Shown here: one piece after another, positions 10,676-24,619 of the stretch
How positions within the stretch are numbered: the first letter of the stretch is position 1
Layout of the letters: each line of letters begins with the position of its first letter
The notes under the pieces: generated by a model
The model's database searches: none
Seen by the model: the letters and a program-made list of their open reading frames with translations, nothing else
Told to the model about the DNA's origin: nothing
Position numbers and translations under genes: made by a program
Assembly: GCF_963853765.1 (NCBI RefSeq)
Contig: NC_088854.1
Coordinates: 41,230,001 to 41,294,000, forward strand
Source: Magallana gigas
Taxonomy: Eukaryota
Length of the DNA stretch: 64,000 nucleotides
Reading direction: 5' to 3'

Positions 10676-13586
10676 CTATCCAAGGAAATCGACAGTGGTA
10701 GAAACAATTTTTTCAGGATCATCTTTATCAACCGCTGTGACTACAATTTCAGTGCCACTGAACGTCATATGGACACTTGCGCCTCGATCCATTCCCTTTG
10801 TTGTGTCTGGCATGTCGAGAGTGAGGTACCCAAGACGTGTGCAACCTTCTTCTGTCGTGTATGTTGGTTCTTTGTCGTTTGAAGTGTATATGTTAAAACC
10901 AATTGAAGTTGATTTGGGATTTATAACAGTGTAATTTTGACTAACCTGCGGTTCTCCTACTTTTACTAATTGTCCCACGCTTACATGAATACTAAATATG
11001 TCATTGCAAAGTTCAGTATCATTTTTTATGATTTTTTTAGATTTGAGATGAATAGCGCTATCAAAGTTCATCGTTGTGCCAACACCGTATGTATATTTGC
11101 AAACTCGCGCAGAAATTGTTTTAGGTTTGTGTCCGTACAACACTGCTCCCTTCAGAACTGCTAATCCAGCATCTTGTGGCACAATTACTTTTTTATTTTT
11201 GAATGCTTCTTTAATAGCCACCTGCAACATTGGTGATTCTGCAAATCCTCCTACCAGTAAAATAGAAGACACATCTTTTACGACAGAATGCCTAAAGAGC
11301 TGCTTCAAATGGTCAACAATTTTCTTACAGCTTTCATCAAAGAGAGCCTTGGTAATTTCTGCATCCATTCGCAGCTTATCTCCAGTCCAGGTCAGTTTGT
11401 TTTTGTATTTAGACTTTGACGTGATAGCTGTCTTGATATTATTTCCCGGATTTGTCTCGCGATAGGTTTCTAACAAGCTTATTGGGACTTTAAAAGTCAC
11501 TTTCTCAGCCAGTTTGGGATGTATTGTCCTCTTCTTTACCTCAAAGTCTGTTAAAAATTCAAGAAAATCGTACTTGTGAATAGAACCAAAGGCCTCCATA
11601 ACGTCGTTTCCTACAATATCGGCTAAGAGACTTTTAAATGATTCGTCAACCTTTGTTCCTCCCCAATCACCACCATTAGCTTTGTGGAGTTCCTTTAATG
11701 TTCCATTTTCCTGAACCTCATGGACAGTAATATCTATTGTTCCACCTAGATTGATATTATTAGATTCATGTAATTATAAGATTATACACTTACTTAGAAA
11801 AGATTAGGATAGCAATGTTTGAAAATGATTGTATATACCTCCAGCATCAACAACCATGTATTTTTGCCCTGATTTGAAGACCCCAAATGTAGAATTCTCA
11901 GTATCCTTCTGGATTGGTTGGTGCATGCAATACAGAGAAGCAGCTTCCGGTTCTAGTGCAATCATCAACTTATTAGCACAGATTCCAACCTATAAAGTTT
12001 TTATTGATATATGTTCAGTTGCATTCACATTTAAAACTTTGGTCTTTAAAAGACGGTATTATTAAAAACTAAAACCGAGAAAAAAATATACCTTTTCAGC
12101 GGCTTCTCTCATGAACTGCTTTGATGAATCGTTCCAAATAGCAGGTACCGTCAATACCCATGTTATGTCAGAATCTTGTATGCCACTCAACTGGTTTTCG
12201 CAGGTAGTCCACATGTGGTCCTTTAGATAACCAATCACTGAAGAAAAAACTTTCATTGCTTCCATTTGCTTTCCCTTTTCATCTTCAAGAAGAGCTTCCC
12301 TTGTCAGCCCCTGTAAAATGATAATCGTAAGATAGATTTTCAAAATTACATTTTCATGATAAAATTTCTTTCAAACAATCATGTCTTTCACGATGTATAC
12401 TCTTATATTTACACTCCTACTCCAAATGTATTCATGTACTGCAAAAAAAATCAAAAAAATAAAAATAAACAACTTTCGAAGAATTGCCGCTCTATCTGTG
12501 TTTCTTTCTACAATAAAAAAAAAGTTGAGATAAAATGCCCTGAAATTTATGAAATGTTTTGAATTCGTTATGGTTACATGTACATAATTATATGAAATTT
12601 CAAATATGCTCTTCGCCGACCAACGTTCTAAATTAATTGACTAGGTGAGTATATTGTTTGTAAGTTGCAGAATCCTACCTCAATTATCCAATCAGCCAGT
12701 CTCTAAAGATTCTTGGGGACTAGGGGACGATGGTAAGTACGCTCTCCTTTATAGATACAGGAGTTTATGGAAAACATAACTGGCTTTTACATGTAATACT
12801 GATATTTTATATTGACCAACTAAGGCTTCATATTGAAAGACTTACTTTACATTTATCACTACAAAGGACATCTTTTGATCACATGCATTGTCTCACCCCA
12901 ACATATCTCCAACGATAGCTGCAATACTCCTCTACGCAAAATATTGTTTGTTTTTCACTTGTTTTAACCTTTTGTTCAGTTAGAGTAAACTTAAACAAAT
13001 CTTTAAAGAAAACCTGTCTCTGCAACTGCAAGCAACAGCATAACGGTCTATGCCGAAGCGACCATATAATGATCCGTCTTTAATCATCAGCACTAGTTCT
13101 ATCTATAGTCTCATTACTCTGATGCCATTTTCTTTTTTTCATTAAATCATTTTCCTTTCTTTCTAAAATATTACGGTGTATAATATATTAGTTTGCGTAC
13201 TATCATAAAATGCTTTCTCTGAAGACTTGAGGTAATTTCATGCATTCTTACCAATTGTTATAAGTAAGTTACAAAGTGTAAATTAATACCATCTTGTTGT
13301 ACAGCATCATCTTGAATCTTTTGAAGTAATACCAATCGTGGTGCTCGTCATCAAGGGCTAAGTTGGAATACTTTTCCTCAGCCTCATAGCCAAATGAGTG
13401 GAATGTTTGTGTCGAGTCAAAGAGAACGCACGTCGATGTTTTCAACGACACCAAATTGCCTACACCTGCTGTCCATGTATTGGCTGATATTTTCAAAGGA
13501 TCTTTTGTGTAGTCATGTAGAAATGAAAATGCATAACCAGAGAAGGTTGTACCAAAGTCTATCGCTGCCACTAGTATACTCGACAT
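10676..13586 (-). CDS. HSPA12: HSPA12-type atypical Hsp70, copy A, 578 aa; exons 13290-13586, 12092-12310, 11839-11989, 10676-11745
   Basis: All introns are GT-AG and the spliced CDS is 1737 nt with no stops (phases 0, 0, 1). Motifs: VAAIDFGTTFSGYAF, WVLTVPAIW, ALEPEAASLYC, DAGGGTIDITVHE, LVGGFAESP, C-terminal DFLG without EEVD. A 5'UTR acceptor lies 7 nt upstream of the ATG; candidate AATAAA at 10535-10540. Confidence 0.95.
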
Positions 13587-13907
13587 TTTTTATCTGCCAA
13601 GAGATATAAAATGTACCATGAAAAAACAATAAATAATAGATTTATAAAAACATATCTTATTACACATTTGTTCTAATTAAAAGTTTATAAACAGAGGACT
13701 GCACGAAAACAATATTTTTTGTTTTTAAAAACACGATAAAATTCTACACGAAAAATACATGCTCCATTATACGTCACTCTCCTAGAGCTGTCTGAACGGG
13801 CGACCTTGCTCTACTTTTAATTGGATAGGAACGTTTCATTTCAAGTGAAACAAAAAAAAATGGCACACACCCTTTCTTAAAATTAAGCTCAATAAACTAA
13901 ATACAGA

Positions 13908-13950
13908 ACTTACTGAAATGTAGACTCGATTTTAAATGCCATTTTTATAG
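13908..13950 (-). promoter_or_regulatory. Candidate core promoter and 5'UTR exon donor of HSPA12-A
   Basis: On minus: TATAAAAA at 13942-13949, then TTTCA|GTAAGT (donor 13908-13913, overlapping a TCAGT initiator-like motif). The implied first exon would be very short, so the start site is uncertain. Confidence 0.35.
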
Positions 13951-14139
13951 GTGTGTTGAGGATCCTCAAGATTATGACATAGTCAATTAAAAGTATATAT
14001 GTCATTAATTATTTAACACTTGAGGTTTAGACAAGGCTATATACAGAGTTAATAATATTCGAATGAATAAACCTATATAAGTGCAAAATTGAAGTTTCCA
14101 AAGGCAATTCAAAAAGAAGGATAACTGAACTCAATATAG

Positions 14140-15150
14140 GTGAAATTAGTTAGGAACAAATACTAATGAAACTGAAAGTACTTTTTGCTTATGAACATTA
14201 TTTTTGTTAGTTTGTTTTATTTATATGTAATTCTTTATTTAAAATCAAAATTTTTAGAATCTAAAAAATAAATGAATTTATTTAGCCTGGTCTAATAGAA
14301 TTTTTGCACTCATGATTGGAACAAATGCAACTGAAACTATGATTTTTCAACCAAAAAAACCCATAACATTTTCATAGATTCAGCAAAACAATACAAAAAT
14401 GTTAATTTACACTGTAAATGTAGGATTTAAATAAATTAAACTATGATTCAAACTTGCAAAGGGTGCTAAATAAATAGATGTTTATTTTAAATGGGTCATT
14501 GCAGCAGTTTTGAAAAGGTTGTGATTTAAAGTGCCGATGAAATTTCAAAATGGGCTTTGGTTTCTGAAACACTTGCAAAAATGTCGTTATAAAAATATAA
14601 CCATTTAATTCTTTTTGTAACAAGTATGTATATATTGATTGTGTGGATTATTAGTTCACTGGTTTATCAGTGACTGTTACTTAGTACTAAATAGTGATAA
14701 TAATCATGATTATATGTTTTGATTTTAAACACTTTTTAAAAGTTTATCTTTTCATATGATATATGAAATATGTGAAAATCGTTTAAAAATTCGATATATG
14801 GTTTTGTGTGCCACCATGTCTCTAAAAGAGGTAATCATTGTACTTTTATGCAGGAAAATATGTGATAGATACGTACATTTATTCCTCAGATCGTGTTAAT
14901 TTTGTTGCTTCCCTTGGCAATGCAAAAAACATTAAAAAAAAATCATTACATTGCAAAATGATTCCTATCTGTTTCATTACGCAATTACTTCTATTATTTC
15001 TTTCACAAAACTACGTTCATAGATAACCCAATTCACTGTATATTTCATTCTGTATTGACGAAACTTTGATTGAATTATGAATTATAAATAACAAATTGAA
15101 CGTTAAAAGAAAACACTAAAATGGATCCATGTCTACTTTAAACGATGTAC
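14140..15150. repeat. Block upstream of HSPA12-A, duplicated at about 5420-6640
   Basis: Same collinear matches as listed for 5420-6640. Confidence 0.8.
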
Positions 15151-15269
15151 AATTTTAATTTCTACATGTATATGCATCTCTTTAAAACATATCTCGAAGA
15201 TTCATATTGTGTAGCTATGTAACTTAAAGTCTCCCTTTCATAGCGGGTAAGCAATGCATTTAAATTGCA

Positions 15270-17280
15270 AATATATCATTGTAAAACCACATACATGGGA
15301 CATGAGTATTTGAAAAAATGATATACCTAAAAGGTCTTCCTTTATCATTTAAAGAAACCACTCAAAAATGTCGATCCTAATTCCTCAATAAGACGTGGGG
15401 TATGTTTTAGTTTCGTTATGAGACGAGACAGACAAGTCTGGTCAAGATATGGGTAAAGATTAGAAGATTCTAAATATAGCGCAATTTACAAGAAATAAAA
15501 GGAAAGTACATAAGATTATTATGTCATTAAGAATTAAAATAGCTTGTAATTAAAACGTAAATTAAACTCACAAATTTACCCATCAAAAACTTTGGTTTTA
15601 TTCATTCCATAATTTTCTACTTTTATTTTTATTCCTTGTGTAGTATTGTTTAATTATTGTTTATTATATCATAATTACGCATAATTACGCATTGTAAACC
15701 ACATACACGACAAAAAGGTATTTGAAAAAATCTTACACCTGAAAATACTTCCTTTAGTTTCGTTATGAGGCAGGCAAGTATGTTCAAGATATAGAAGATG
15801 CTAAATTTAGCACCATTTACAAGAAATGAGAGGAAAGTACATAGGATTAGTTATGTCAATACGCAATAAAATAGCTTGCACTTAAACGTAAATAAGACTC
15901 GCAAATTGACCCATAAAAAGCTTTGGTTTTTCGTACTTCCAAAATTTCAACTTTCTTTTTTCCCCTCATGTATATATCATAATTCAACTGGAAACATCTA
16001 GTTTGATTGGCTCAAGAAATTAATCAATATATATAGTATAACTTGCCTATATCACATTATTACGCGTGTGCAAATCGGATCATCCCCTTAACAAAACATT
16101 GAAATCAATGTTATTATGTGTTATATTTTCTGAACTTGGTTGTTGAAAATTAATGTATAAGGGATGATATTAATTTCTACCTGGGTTTAACATGGAACAG
16201 TTAACGCTATTTTATAAACTGCTTTGTGCTTTATGAAACATTAACTGCATCAAGTAATGTTATATTGTATCATCATATTGTGTAGTTATGTTACTGAAAG
16301 TCTTGAATTGGGTAAGCCAAGTATTTGAAAAAATCCTTTTTTACCTGAAAATGCTTCCTTTAGTTTCGTTATATGGCAGGCAAGTCTGTTCAAGATTTAG
16401 AAGATGCTAAATTTAGCGCAATTTACAAGAATTGAAGGAAAAGTACACAGGATTAGTTATGTCAATAAACAATAAAATAGCTTCCAATTAAGACATATAT
16501 TAAACCCGCAAATTAACCCATAAAAAGCTTTGGTTTTATGTATTTCATAATTTTCTACTTTCATTTTTTTCCCTTGTGTATATATTATTACTCACCTTGT
16601 TACACCTTGTTTGATTGGCTCAACAAACTAATCAATATATCGTATAACTTGCCTATATCACATTATTACGCGTGTGCAAATCGGATCATCCCCTTAACAA
16701 AACATTGAAATCAATGTTATTATGTGTTATATTTTCTGAACTAGGTTGTTGAAAATTAAAGTATAAGGGGTGATATTAATTTCTACCTGGGTATAACTTG
16801 GAACAGTTACATGTAACGCTATTTTATAAACTGCTTTGAGCTTTATGAAACATTAATTGCATCAAGTTATGTTATTTTGTATTATCATATAGTGTAGTTA
16901 TGTTACTGAAAGTCTTGAATCTTTTCAAATTGGATAAGTCAAGCATTAAAATTGCAACTACTGTATATAATTGTAAAACTACATACATCGCAAAACAGTA
17001 ACTATTTGAAAAAAAACTTAAACCTGAAAATACATAGAAACCACTCAAAAATGTCGTTACTTGTTTCTCATTTAGACGTGGTGTATGTGTTAGTTACGTT
17101 ATAAGGCAGGTAAGTCTGCTCAAGGTATGGGTAAAGATTAGAAGATGCTAAATTTAGCGCAATTTACAAGAAAAAAGGGAAAGAACATAAGATTAATTAC
17201 GTCATTAGGCATTAAAATAGCTTGAAATTAAAACTTAATTTAGACTCACAGATTTACCCATAAAAAGCTTTCAATTTGCC
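15270..17280. repeat. Degenerate four-unit tandem array between HSPA12-A and B
   Basis: Unit anchor (G/C)TATTTGAAAAAA at 15306, 15718, 16321 and 17002. Shared TAGTT(T/A)CGTTAT, AGAAGATGCTAAATTTAGC and ACCCATAAAAAGCTTT. A near-identical segment of about 300 bp is repeated at about 16000-16310 and 16607-16920. Confidence 0.85.
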
Positions 17281-18839
17281 TTATACAAACTGCTTTATTT
17301 TTTCAGCAGTTCAAAACTTTATTAAAGAGTCTGGGGGATTTAATAATGAACTTTTCTTTTTGTTATTGCTATTTTTATACTGTGTATTAACACTATTTAC
17401 CATATAAACACAATTATTTTGTAAATGCATATTGATATTTATCAATATAATTGCTATACAGTCAATAGCTATAGGTATCATGTATTGGCACCATGACCCT
17501 TGGCAATTGTATATATTGTATATATTATCATTAGAACCATGTAAGTTGAAAGAACTTGTTTCCAATCCTTTTGTGTAATTTACACAATAAAATATGTTCA
17601 AATCAAATCAAAGCTGGTTAACGGATCACTTCAAGTTTGTATTCTGTACACTGAATTTGTCATACACAAGATGAGTCAATATTCGTCTATATTTTATTTG
17701 TGCATTTATTAAAATTAGCAGGAGTTAACGACATTTTTCGAGTTTTTCATAATGCATGCATCTTTTTATTTATACGTTAAAAAACTTCATCCTACATCAA
17801 ACATCCACGTTGATCCATCAAGTTGACATAAATAAAGAGTGATACTCACCGACTTTTCAAAATTCGTGTGTTCATTAAGTTTTCATATTTTAGTCATTTA
17901 GAGTGGTATATATCACTGATGTAAACAGATTTCTATAGACATTTAGAAATTTACTCCTTCAGTCTCCATTAATGTTTGACCAAAAAAACTAATAAACAAG
18001 TTAATTGATTTGAAAATGATTGATATTGAAATCATGTGAGGTACCGTTATAATTATAACTGTACCTACTTTTAATGTGTTTAACATTTCTTTTTATTTGA
18101 TAAGACATAAATTTGTTACATACATGTAGCAACTACTTTTGCCTGTATTCGACGTATCCATAATGAAACTTTAATCATTATGCCATTGGATAGAGATTTT
18201 TTAAAGGACGATCTCAACCTTGTCATGGCAGACTTTGATCGGCTTTTGCTGATGCTCACCGTTTACTTGATACATTTTAAGTTGAACAGACTGCGAAATT
18301 GCGGGCAGTGAAATCATGGCTGTTTGATCATTGTGTTTAGATTTCTTCTTTAAAAGCATTATAAAAAATATTATGCATAATATTATGTCTAACATTTTGA
18401 AAGAATCTTCCCATTGTGCATGCTGTGACATAAATGACAGTGAATTTTAAAAAAAATGATATGCACACATTTGTAAACTTTAATACATATAATCATTTAA
18501 TCGTTCCCAACGAATTGCAATTAACCTATAAGTAATTTTGCAAGCAATTGTCATCCATACAATTTCCATAGTTATATAAAATGATAAAGAAATATCAGCA
18601 CACTGAGATAACAAAGTTTTAACATTAAAAGAAAAAGTTTGACATAAAAAAGAAAAGTAACAATTTATGTCAAATTATTGGAATACAAAAGCAATCTCTC
18701 ATAAAATAGTTCATCACATAATGTAAAAAGGATCTGCTTATAATAACGTGGTTTCAACACAACAGGATTGTTAACCAGGAGAAAAAGTAGATTTGCTCCA
18801 GATAAGTTGAAATTGCATCAGAATACGCAAACTTTATTA

Positions 18840-20898
18840 CTACATTTCGTGATTGAGAAAATCCAATGAAGCGGTGGTGACCTCGTTGGTTTTCACATTG
18901 CGAGCATTGACAGCAAGTTCTGTCCCTCCAAACGTCATTTGAACTCCTATGACACGCTTTATACCATCAGTTATATCAGGCATATCAACGGTGAGACTTC
19001 CCAAATATGTACAGCCTTCATCATCCACGTATTCAGGATCCAAACTCTCGGTGACATATACCTTGAGAGCTACCTTTGTTTGGTCAGGTTCGGAGGGCCG
19101 GTACGTTTGTTCCGGTGTGGCCTCGTCTAAAGCAATCGATTGCCCCACCTCGGCGTGCTTGCTAAACCTATCCTCGCAAAGCAGTCTTCCTCTTACCAAT
19201 ACTTTCTTTTCTTCTGGATCAATTCCTGGGCGAAAATCACCTCTAACGCTTATACCATACGTGTATTTACAGATTCTAGAAGCAATGACTGTGGTGTTGA
19301 AGCCGAACAGCACAGCTCCTTTCAGTACAGACAAACCAGACTCGTTTGGTATAATGACTCTCTTGTCTGGAAATCTGTCCATCACTGCAGCTCGCAGCAT
19401 AGGAGACTCCGAAAATCCGCCAACCATCAAAATTGTTTCCGTGTTGGCTACCTCTGATTGTTGTAAAATCATGTAGACGTGCTCTAAAATCGAATCGCAA
19501 GTCACCTTAAACAGACCTTTTGCTATTTCAGAATCAACTCTCAGCTTGTCTCCTATCCAGGCAATGCGGTGGCCGTACTTACTGCCCTCTGAGTTCTCTC
19601 GTAGAGACCTCCCTTTCATTTCCTGATAAAACTCATTAATCGCAATAGGGATCTTAAATGTGATCTTTTGATCCATCTCTGGTTTGATTGTTCGTTTCTT
19701 AATTTCGAAGTCGCGACATAACGACACGTAGTCTGCCCGACACTCTGATCTAAAACGGTTCATAACGCCTTCTCCGACGACGTCCCTCAGAAACTCCATG
19801 AAAGCTTCATCCACTCTGGTGCCACCCCAGTTCCCACCGTTCGCCTTGTATACCTCTCGAAGACGTCCTCCTGCCTGGACCTCTTGGACGGTTATGTCGA
19901 TTGTCCCTCCTAGTTTGAACATAACAATAATGTATATCTTTTTTCGATTCAAATCAAATCATTATCAAAGGATGAAAAAAAAAACATCAAAATATTCTGT
20001 TAAATAATGTATTTTTAAAATTTATTAAGAAACTTACCACCAGCATCTAAAACAAGATATTTAGTTCCAACAGAAAAGGAATCCAAATTGACTTTGCTGT
20101 TGCCTGCTCGTTTGTTGACAGGCAGATGCTTGCAATATATTGATGCGGCTTCTGGTTCCAATGCGATCAGAAGATTGCTGGTAATACCAGCCTAGTGAAT
20201 GAAAAGTATGAAAATAGAATATCATGCAAGAAATGTATATGAGAATTGCAAGGAAAGTGAGGCCAAAATGTTTACTCTGAAAGCGGCCTCTCTCATGAAC
20301 TGCTTGGCGCTATCGGTCCATATCGCAGGAACAGTAAGGACCCACTGTATTTCATCATCCTGAATGTCCAGTAGCCGAGAACTCCAGGAATCAGTCATGT
20401 GTTGGCGGAGATACCTGATACAGGTAGAAAAGACCTTCATGGCTGGCATCTTTTTACCTTCATCATCCTCAATTTCAAGGTCCCGATCAAGAGACTGTAG
20501 TGATTAAAATATAATAATGTGCACATCAAGAAAAAGGTTTATTTGCTGTTTCAAGCTGAAGTAAAGTACGAAATTGGTACCTGGTTGTTGTACAACATCA
20601 TCTTGAACCGTCTGAAGTAGTACCAGTCGTGATGCTCTTCATTCAAAGCCAGTTCAATGTACTTGTCCTCAGCATCGGTTCCAAAGGCAGCAAACTCGCC
20701 TTTCGAGTCAAAGAGCACACATGTGGAGGTCTTGAGAGAGACTCCGGCCTGGGAGCCCATGGTCCACTGATTACCGTTAATCTTGAGCGGATCCTTGATG
20801 TAATCATTTCGGAAAGCAAACGCATAGCCAGAAAATGTAGTTCCGAAATCAATTGCAGCGACCATTAACTTCTCTGGTGTTGTTAATGATTCTGCCAT
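18840..20898 (-). CDS. HSPA12: HSPA12-type atypical Hsp70, copy B, 586 aa; exons 20581-20898, 20276-20494, 20038-20191, 18840-19909
   Basis: GT-AG introns, 1761-nt spliced ORF, phases 0, 0, 1 at the same positions as copy A. Motifs: VAAIDFGTTFSGYAF, WVLTVPAIW, ALEPEAASIYC, DAGGGTIDITVQE, MVGGFSESP, C-terminal SLDFLNHEM. Confidence 0.95.
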
Positions 20899-21249
20899 TT
20901 TTTTCTATTGATGGTCGTTTTATATCTTAATCCCGGCAAATACTATAATTAATAAACATAGCAGTTTTATGCTGTCGTTTCCATCATATTTTTTATACTT
21001 TTGTTTCAGTTAGTGTCAAATATGTGATTATGCTTGTACATTATGTGTACATTGTGTAAATCTCCAGGCTTTTAAATGTACAACTCATCTACCATGTTAT
21101 TTGTTCTATATTTTTAGGTTACAACTCATCTGAATCAAATTTGCTGGGATATGATAAATAAAAAATGAGTGCACTGTGCACTTTGAATGATCTTAATGTC
21201 CTTTTAATTACCGTACATGTATGAGAAAAGCATAAGAAATCAAATGATT

Positions 21250-21310
21250 TACCTGTTGTTCTAACTTCTTTAGTTTCCATTTAGTGGAAAATCCACTTTC
21301 GTTTTATAGT
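21250..21310 (-). promoter_or_regulatory. Candidate promoter and first non-coding exon of HSPA12-B
   Basis: On minus: TATAAAA at about 21302-21308 and donor CAG|GTAAAT with exon end 21253. GTGGAAAATCCAC (21284-21296) and ACTTTCGTTTT (21295-21305) lie between them. Confidence 0.45.
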
Positions 21311-23249
21311 TGCTTATCCGTTATTTTTGCTTTTCTTTGAAATTCGCACTGTGTTTCATATAATGTATATCAAATGATACTGAATAAATATGTTTATCTA
21401 CACAACAGATTCGGCAATTATTCCGTGTCAAATTTGTTTGGGGGGTTTTATGAAGCACGTGAGATTTTTTGACGATCGGTGTAGGAAGGGGGCGTTTTTA
21501 ACTCTGATTAGACAACAAAGATGTCATTTACATACCTGGTCAATAAGCGTTCTTTACTTCGCGACTAGAGTCATGAAAACGTATACCTTCGTACGCATGT
21601 GCATAATATGAGGTCAATCAGAATAAATAAATGCTTTATATTAAGTCTTTTGAAGATCGTTCACGGCTCGGTTAATTTTTTTTTTATCTTTGTCATTTAA
21701 CTTGTCTTCGAAGACTATAATTACTGTTTACACCACGCTCTTGTGCTTCTAGAAACGATATGCACGAAAAGCGCCAAAAAGTAATTACACGAGAAGAGTT
21801 GCACAATTTCGATATGTTTTGGGAGATAATAGGAAAAGTGATCAAATAAATAAAATGTCGAATCCTCTTTAAACCGATAAATATAATCAAGTGTGACAAC
21901 AACCTGGTTTTATTAATTGAATTTTTGGTGGGTGAATTATTAGTGTTTGATAAGATAAGTTAACTTCAAGTGGAATAATACGCATCGACGCCCATCACAT
22001 CATGTTATGACGTAAGCAAGCTTAAAATATTTAAACGATAAAGATAATTTTGTTTAGCCATTAAATTAAATTGCGGCACAACAACCAGAACTATATAATT
22101 AGAACAATAAAGTGCTTTCTTTGGTTGTTAATGCAAGTATGAAGGTTGCAATCATTGTAAGAAAAATACTAACATATTAACCCGCTTCAGTGTCATTGTT
22201 CATATTCTTTTTACTTTTGTGGTTATAACTTTACATGATTCTATCGCTTACGCTTCTCATTTTTTTTTTTTATATTTTCGATTAAAATTTCTTGTAGTAT
22301 CTTTGATATTTTGCATACTAGGATTGTTTTTAGAAGACATGTCCATTATTTTGCATACCATTTCACATAGATCTGTTTCTCTACGAAAACTTCTTGTAAG
22401 TTTAATTTATTAACGTCCGATTACCAGAAAAAAAACATAAGTAATTGTACTTTCTCAATCAATTTCCGTGAATTTTATTTTTATGCTCATGGTTACATAA
22501 CTGGTTCTTTGGGGCGCTTTTGTTTTGTTTTATTTATTTATTTATTTTGTCATATATTGTTCCACTTTCTCCGACAGCCGACAAATCAATTAATTTTAAT
22601 ATGATTTCTGTTGTTTCGATTGTCGCAACATACCGGGTATATATGATGGTGAGGGACTTTTCATGCTCATCCTCCGCATTCTGTCGTTTCATTCAACCGA
22701 GCACGTTACACTATGCTCTCAGACTGCAGTGGTAAAATGGCATTTAGTACATTGGAAGGGAATATCTCATTATACAGCAAACTAAACAGAATCGATTCAT
22801 ACATGCAATTAGAATTTTTTTTTCATGAATAAAAATCCTTATAACAGAACATTAAATAAATTTATATTCCATCATATGTTGCAGTCATATAATAAGACTG
22901 TTATAGATAAGTTTAACTTGATAAAGTCTAAACTTACATCAACGTTTTATGATCGTCCCTATGCAATGGCTTGTCCAAAAGCATTGTAAATAATAAAAAC
23001 AGAAAAACAGAATTTGACCAAAAGCGTGACCATTCCCCTTTAAGACAGAGTACTTATTGAGATATTTTCTGAATTCAATAGTCATAATGACTGATTTCTG
23101 ATCAAAATGCACTTTTGACATTATTAATTAAAAAGTGTGATTTTGTTCATCAAAGGACTATTTTTCTGAACTGTAATTTTCTCAACTCTTTTGGCAAAAA
23201 TATATTAGTATAATACGTATTCTATTGGGTTTACACTGACAATTCTATT

Positions 23250-23486
23250 TTAGGAGGCACGGTGGTCTAGTGAACGAAGTAACCATGCATCGAATCTTTA
23301 CAAAAAACTATAAAACTTTCAGATATATGATTTGTTTACCTATACATTTTTATTTAGTAAAGAAAAATCAATAAGTTTTACATATCAAATTTCGGTATTT
23401 TCCCACAGTAGATTTTCATACAGAGCTCTTCTTTTAAAGGAGTTCAATACAGTCTAAAAATGGCCGTAACCACCGAGCCCTCTTAA
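23250..23486. mobile_element. Possible MITE with about 15-bp imperfect TIRs
   Basis: TAGGAGGCACGGTGG vs CCACCGAGCCCTCTTA (reverse complement TAAGAGGGCTCGGTGG); right end flanked by TTAA. Confidence 0.35.
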
Positions 23487-23879
23487 TTACTGTACCTTTT
23501 ATTTTTTGGTTTCGTCTGTACGTGTTCCTGAGTTTTAATAACTTAATTAACTGATTAAGTATGACTAAGGTAATATTTCAATTTTAATAAAATGTTTAAA
23601 GTTTTACTAATATTTCATTTCTATACGAATTTTTAAAAAAAGGTTCGAACGAAAACAAAACAAGTACGCAATAAATAAATATGTTTATAGAAAAATATAT
23701 GCGGTCAAAATATGGAACAATTACCATGATTACTAAACAAAAAGATTTGAGAATGATTATCGCATAGCATGGGGATAAATAACCAAAATATAAAAGAATA
23801 TGTGTAGAATATACAACATAATATACAGTGCGCGTTTATGATCTGTCAAAAATGTACATGTACGTCACACCACTGTTCC

Positions 23880-23997
23880 GGCGATTAGTTTTTTTTTCTA
23901 GGCTAAATATAGATCGGGAAACCCTTAGGAAGAAATATGGCGACAACCTGGACTTAAAAAGTTTCAATTGATGTTCTTGTGTATCCTATCGGTGAGC
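23880..23997 (+). promoter_or_regulatory. Candidate first non-coding exon of HSPA12-C
   Basis: GGGAAACCC (23916-23924), YY1-type AAATATGGCG (about 23933-23942) and donor CG|GTGAGC at 23992. The matching acceptor TTTTTTATTGATTGCAG ends at 24923. Confidence 0.45.
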
Positions 23998-24619
23998 ATA
24001 TCAGCATTAATTTTAATGTTAATTATTGAAATCAGTTTGAAATAAAGTGAAAAAGAATCATCAGGTCCTTTGACCTCGAACAGAATTGGAATGATACCGA
24101 AAAACTTGTTATAACATCTTTACTTTCGTTTTATAATTTGCATGTTAAATTACGTACAAACGCAGAATAATCATGCGAGTATGATAATGATCTCAATGCC
24201 ATATTTTTGATTTTTAAGATATAGATATTTTTAAGTAAGAAAAGGCCATCGAGTGCAAAAAAATGAATTGATTAAGTTCATAAATGTATATAAAGCATGG
24301 TGTGACCTATTTAAAAATAGTCAGATACATTTTCTATGATAACAGGGATTCCTTGTAAAAAAAATCATAGGCTAGCTCAAAAATGTCATTTGATCATCAT
24401 CATAGCTGTTGTAATTTTAATTTCCCAGATTCCTACTTTTATATCTTGACTTTTGTGACATGAGAAAGCAGACATATTTTACTTGATTTTTAGCATCTCA
24501 GATTGGATTCCAAGTCAAGATATTTTTTATTTCTTCAGTTTATTCTTTCATTCCAACAAACACGGTGAAAACCATATTGCTGTGTGTTCTTTCTTGTTAC
24601 ATTGATTGTTCAATCATGA

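Noticed and set aside
10653-11465. Plus-strand ORFs of 93, 64 and 129 aa over HSPA12-A (similar shadows occur over B, C, the Ig gene and the 313-aa ORF)
   Set aside because: Antisense shadows of real coding exons.
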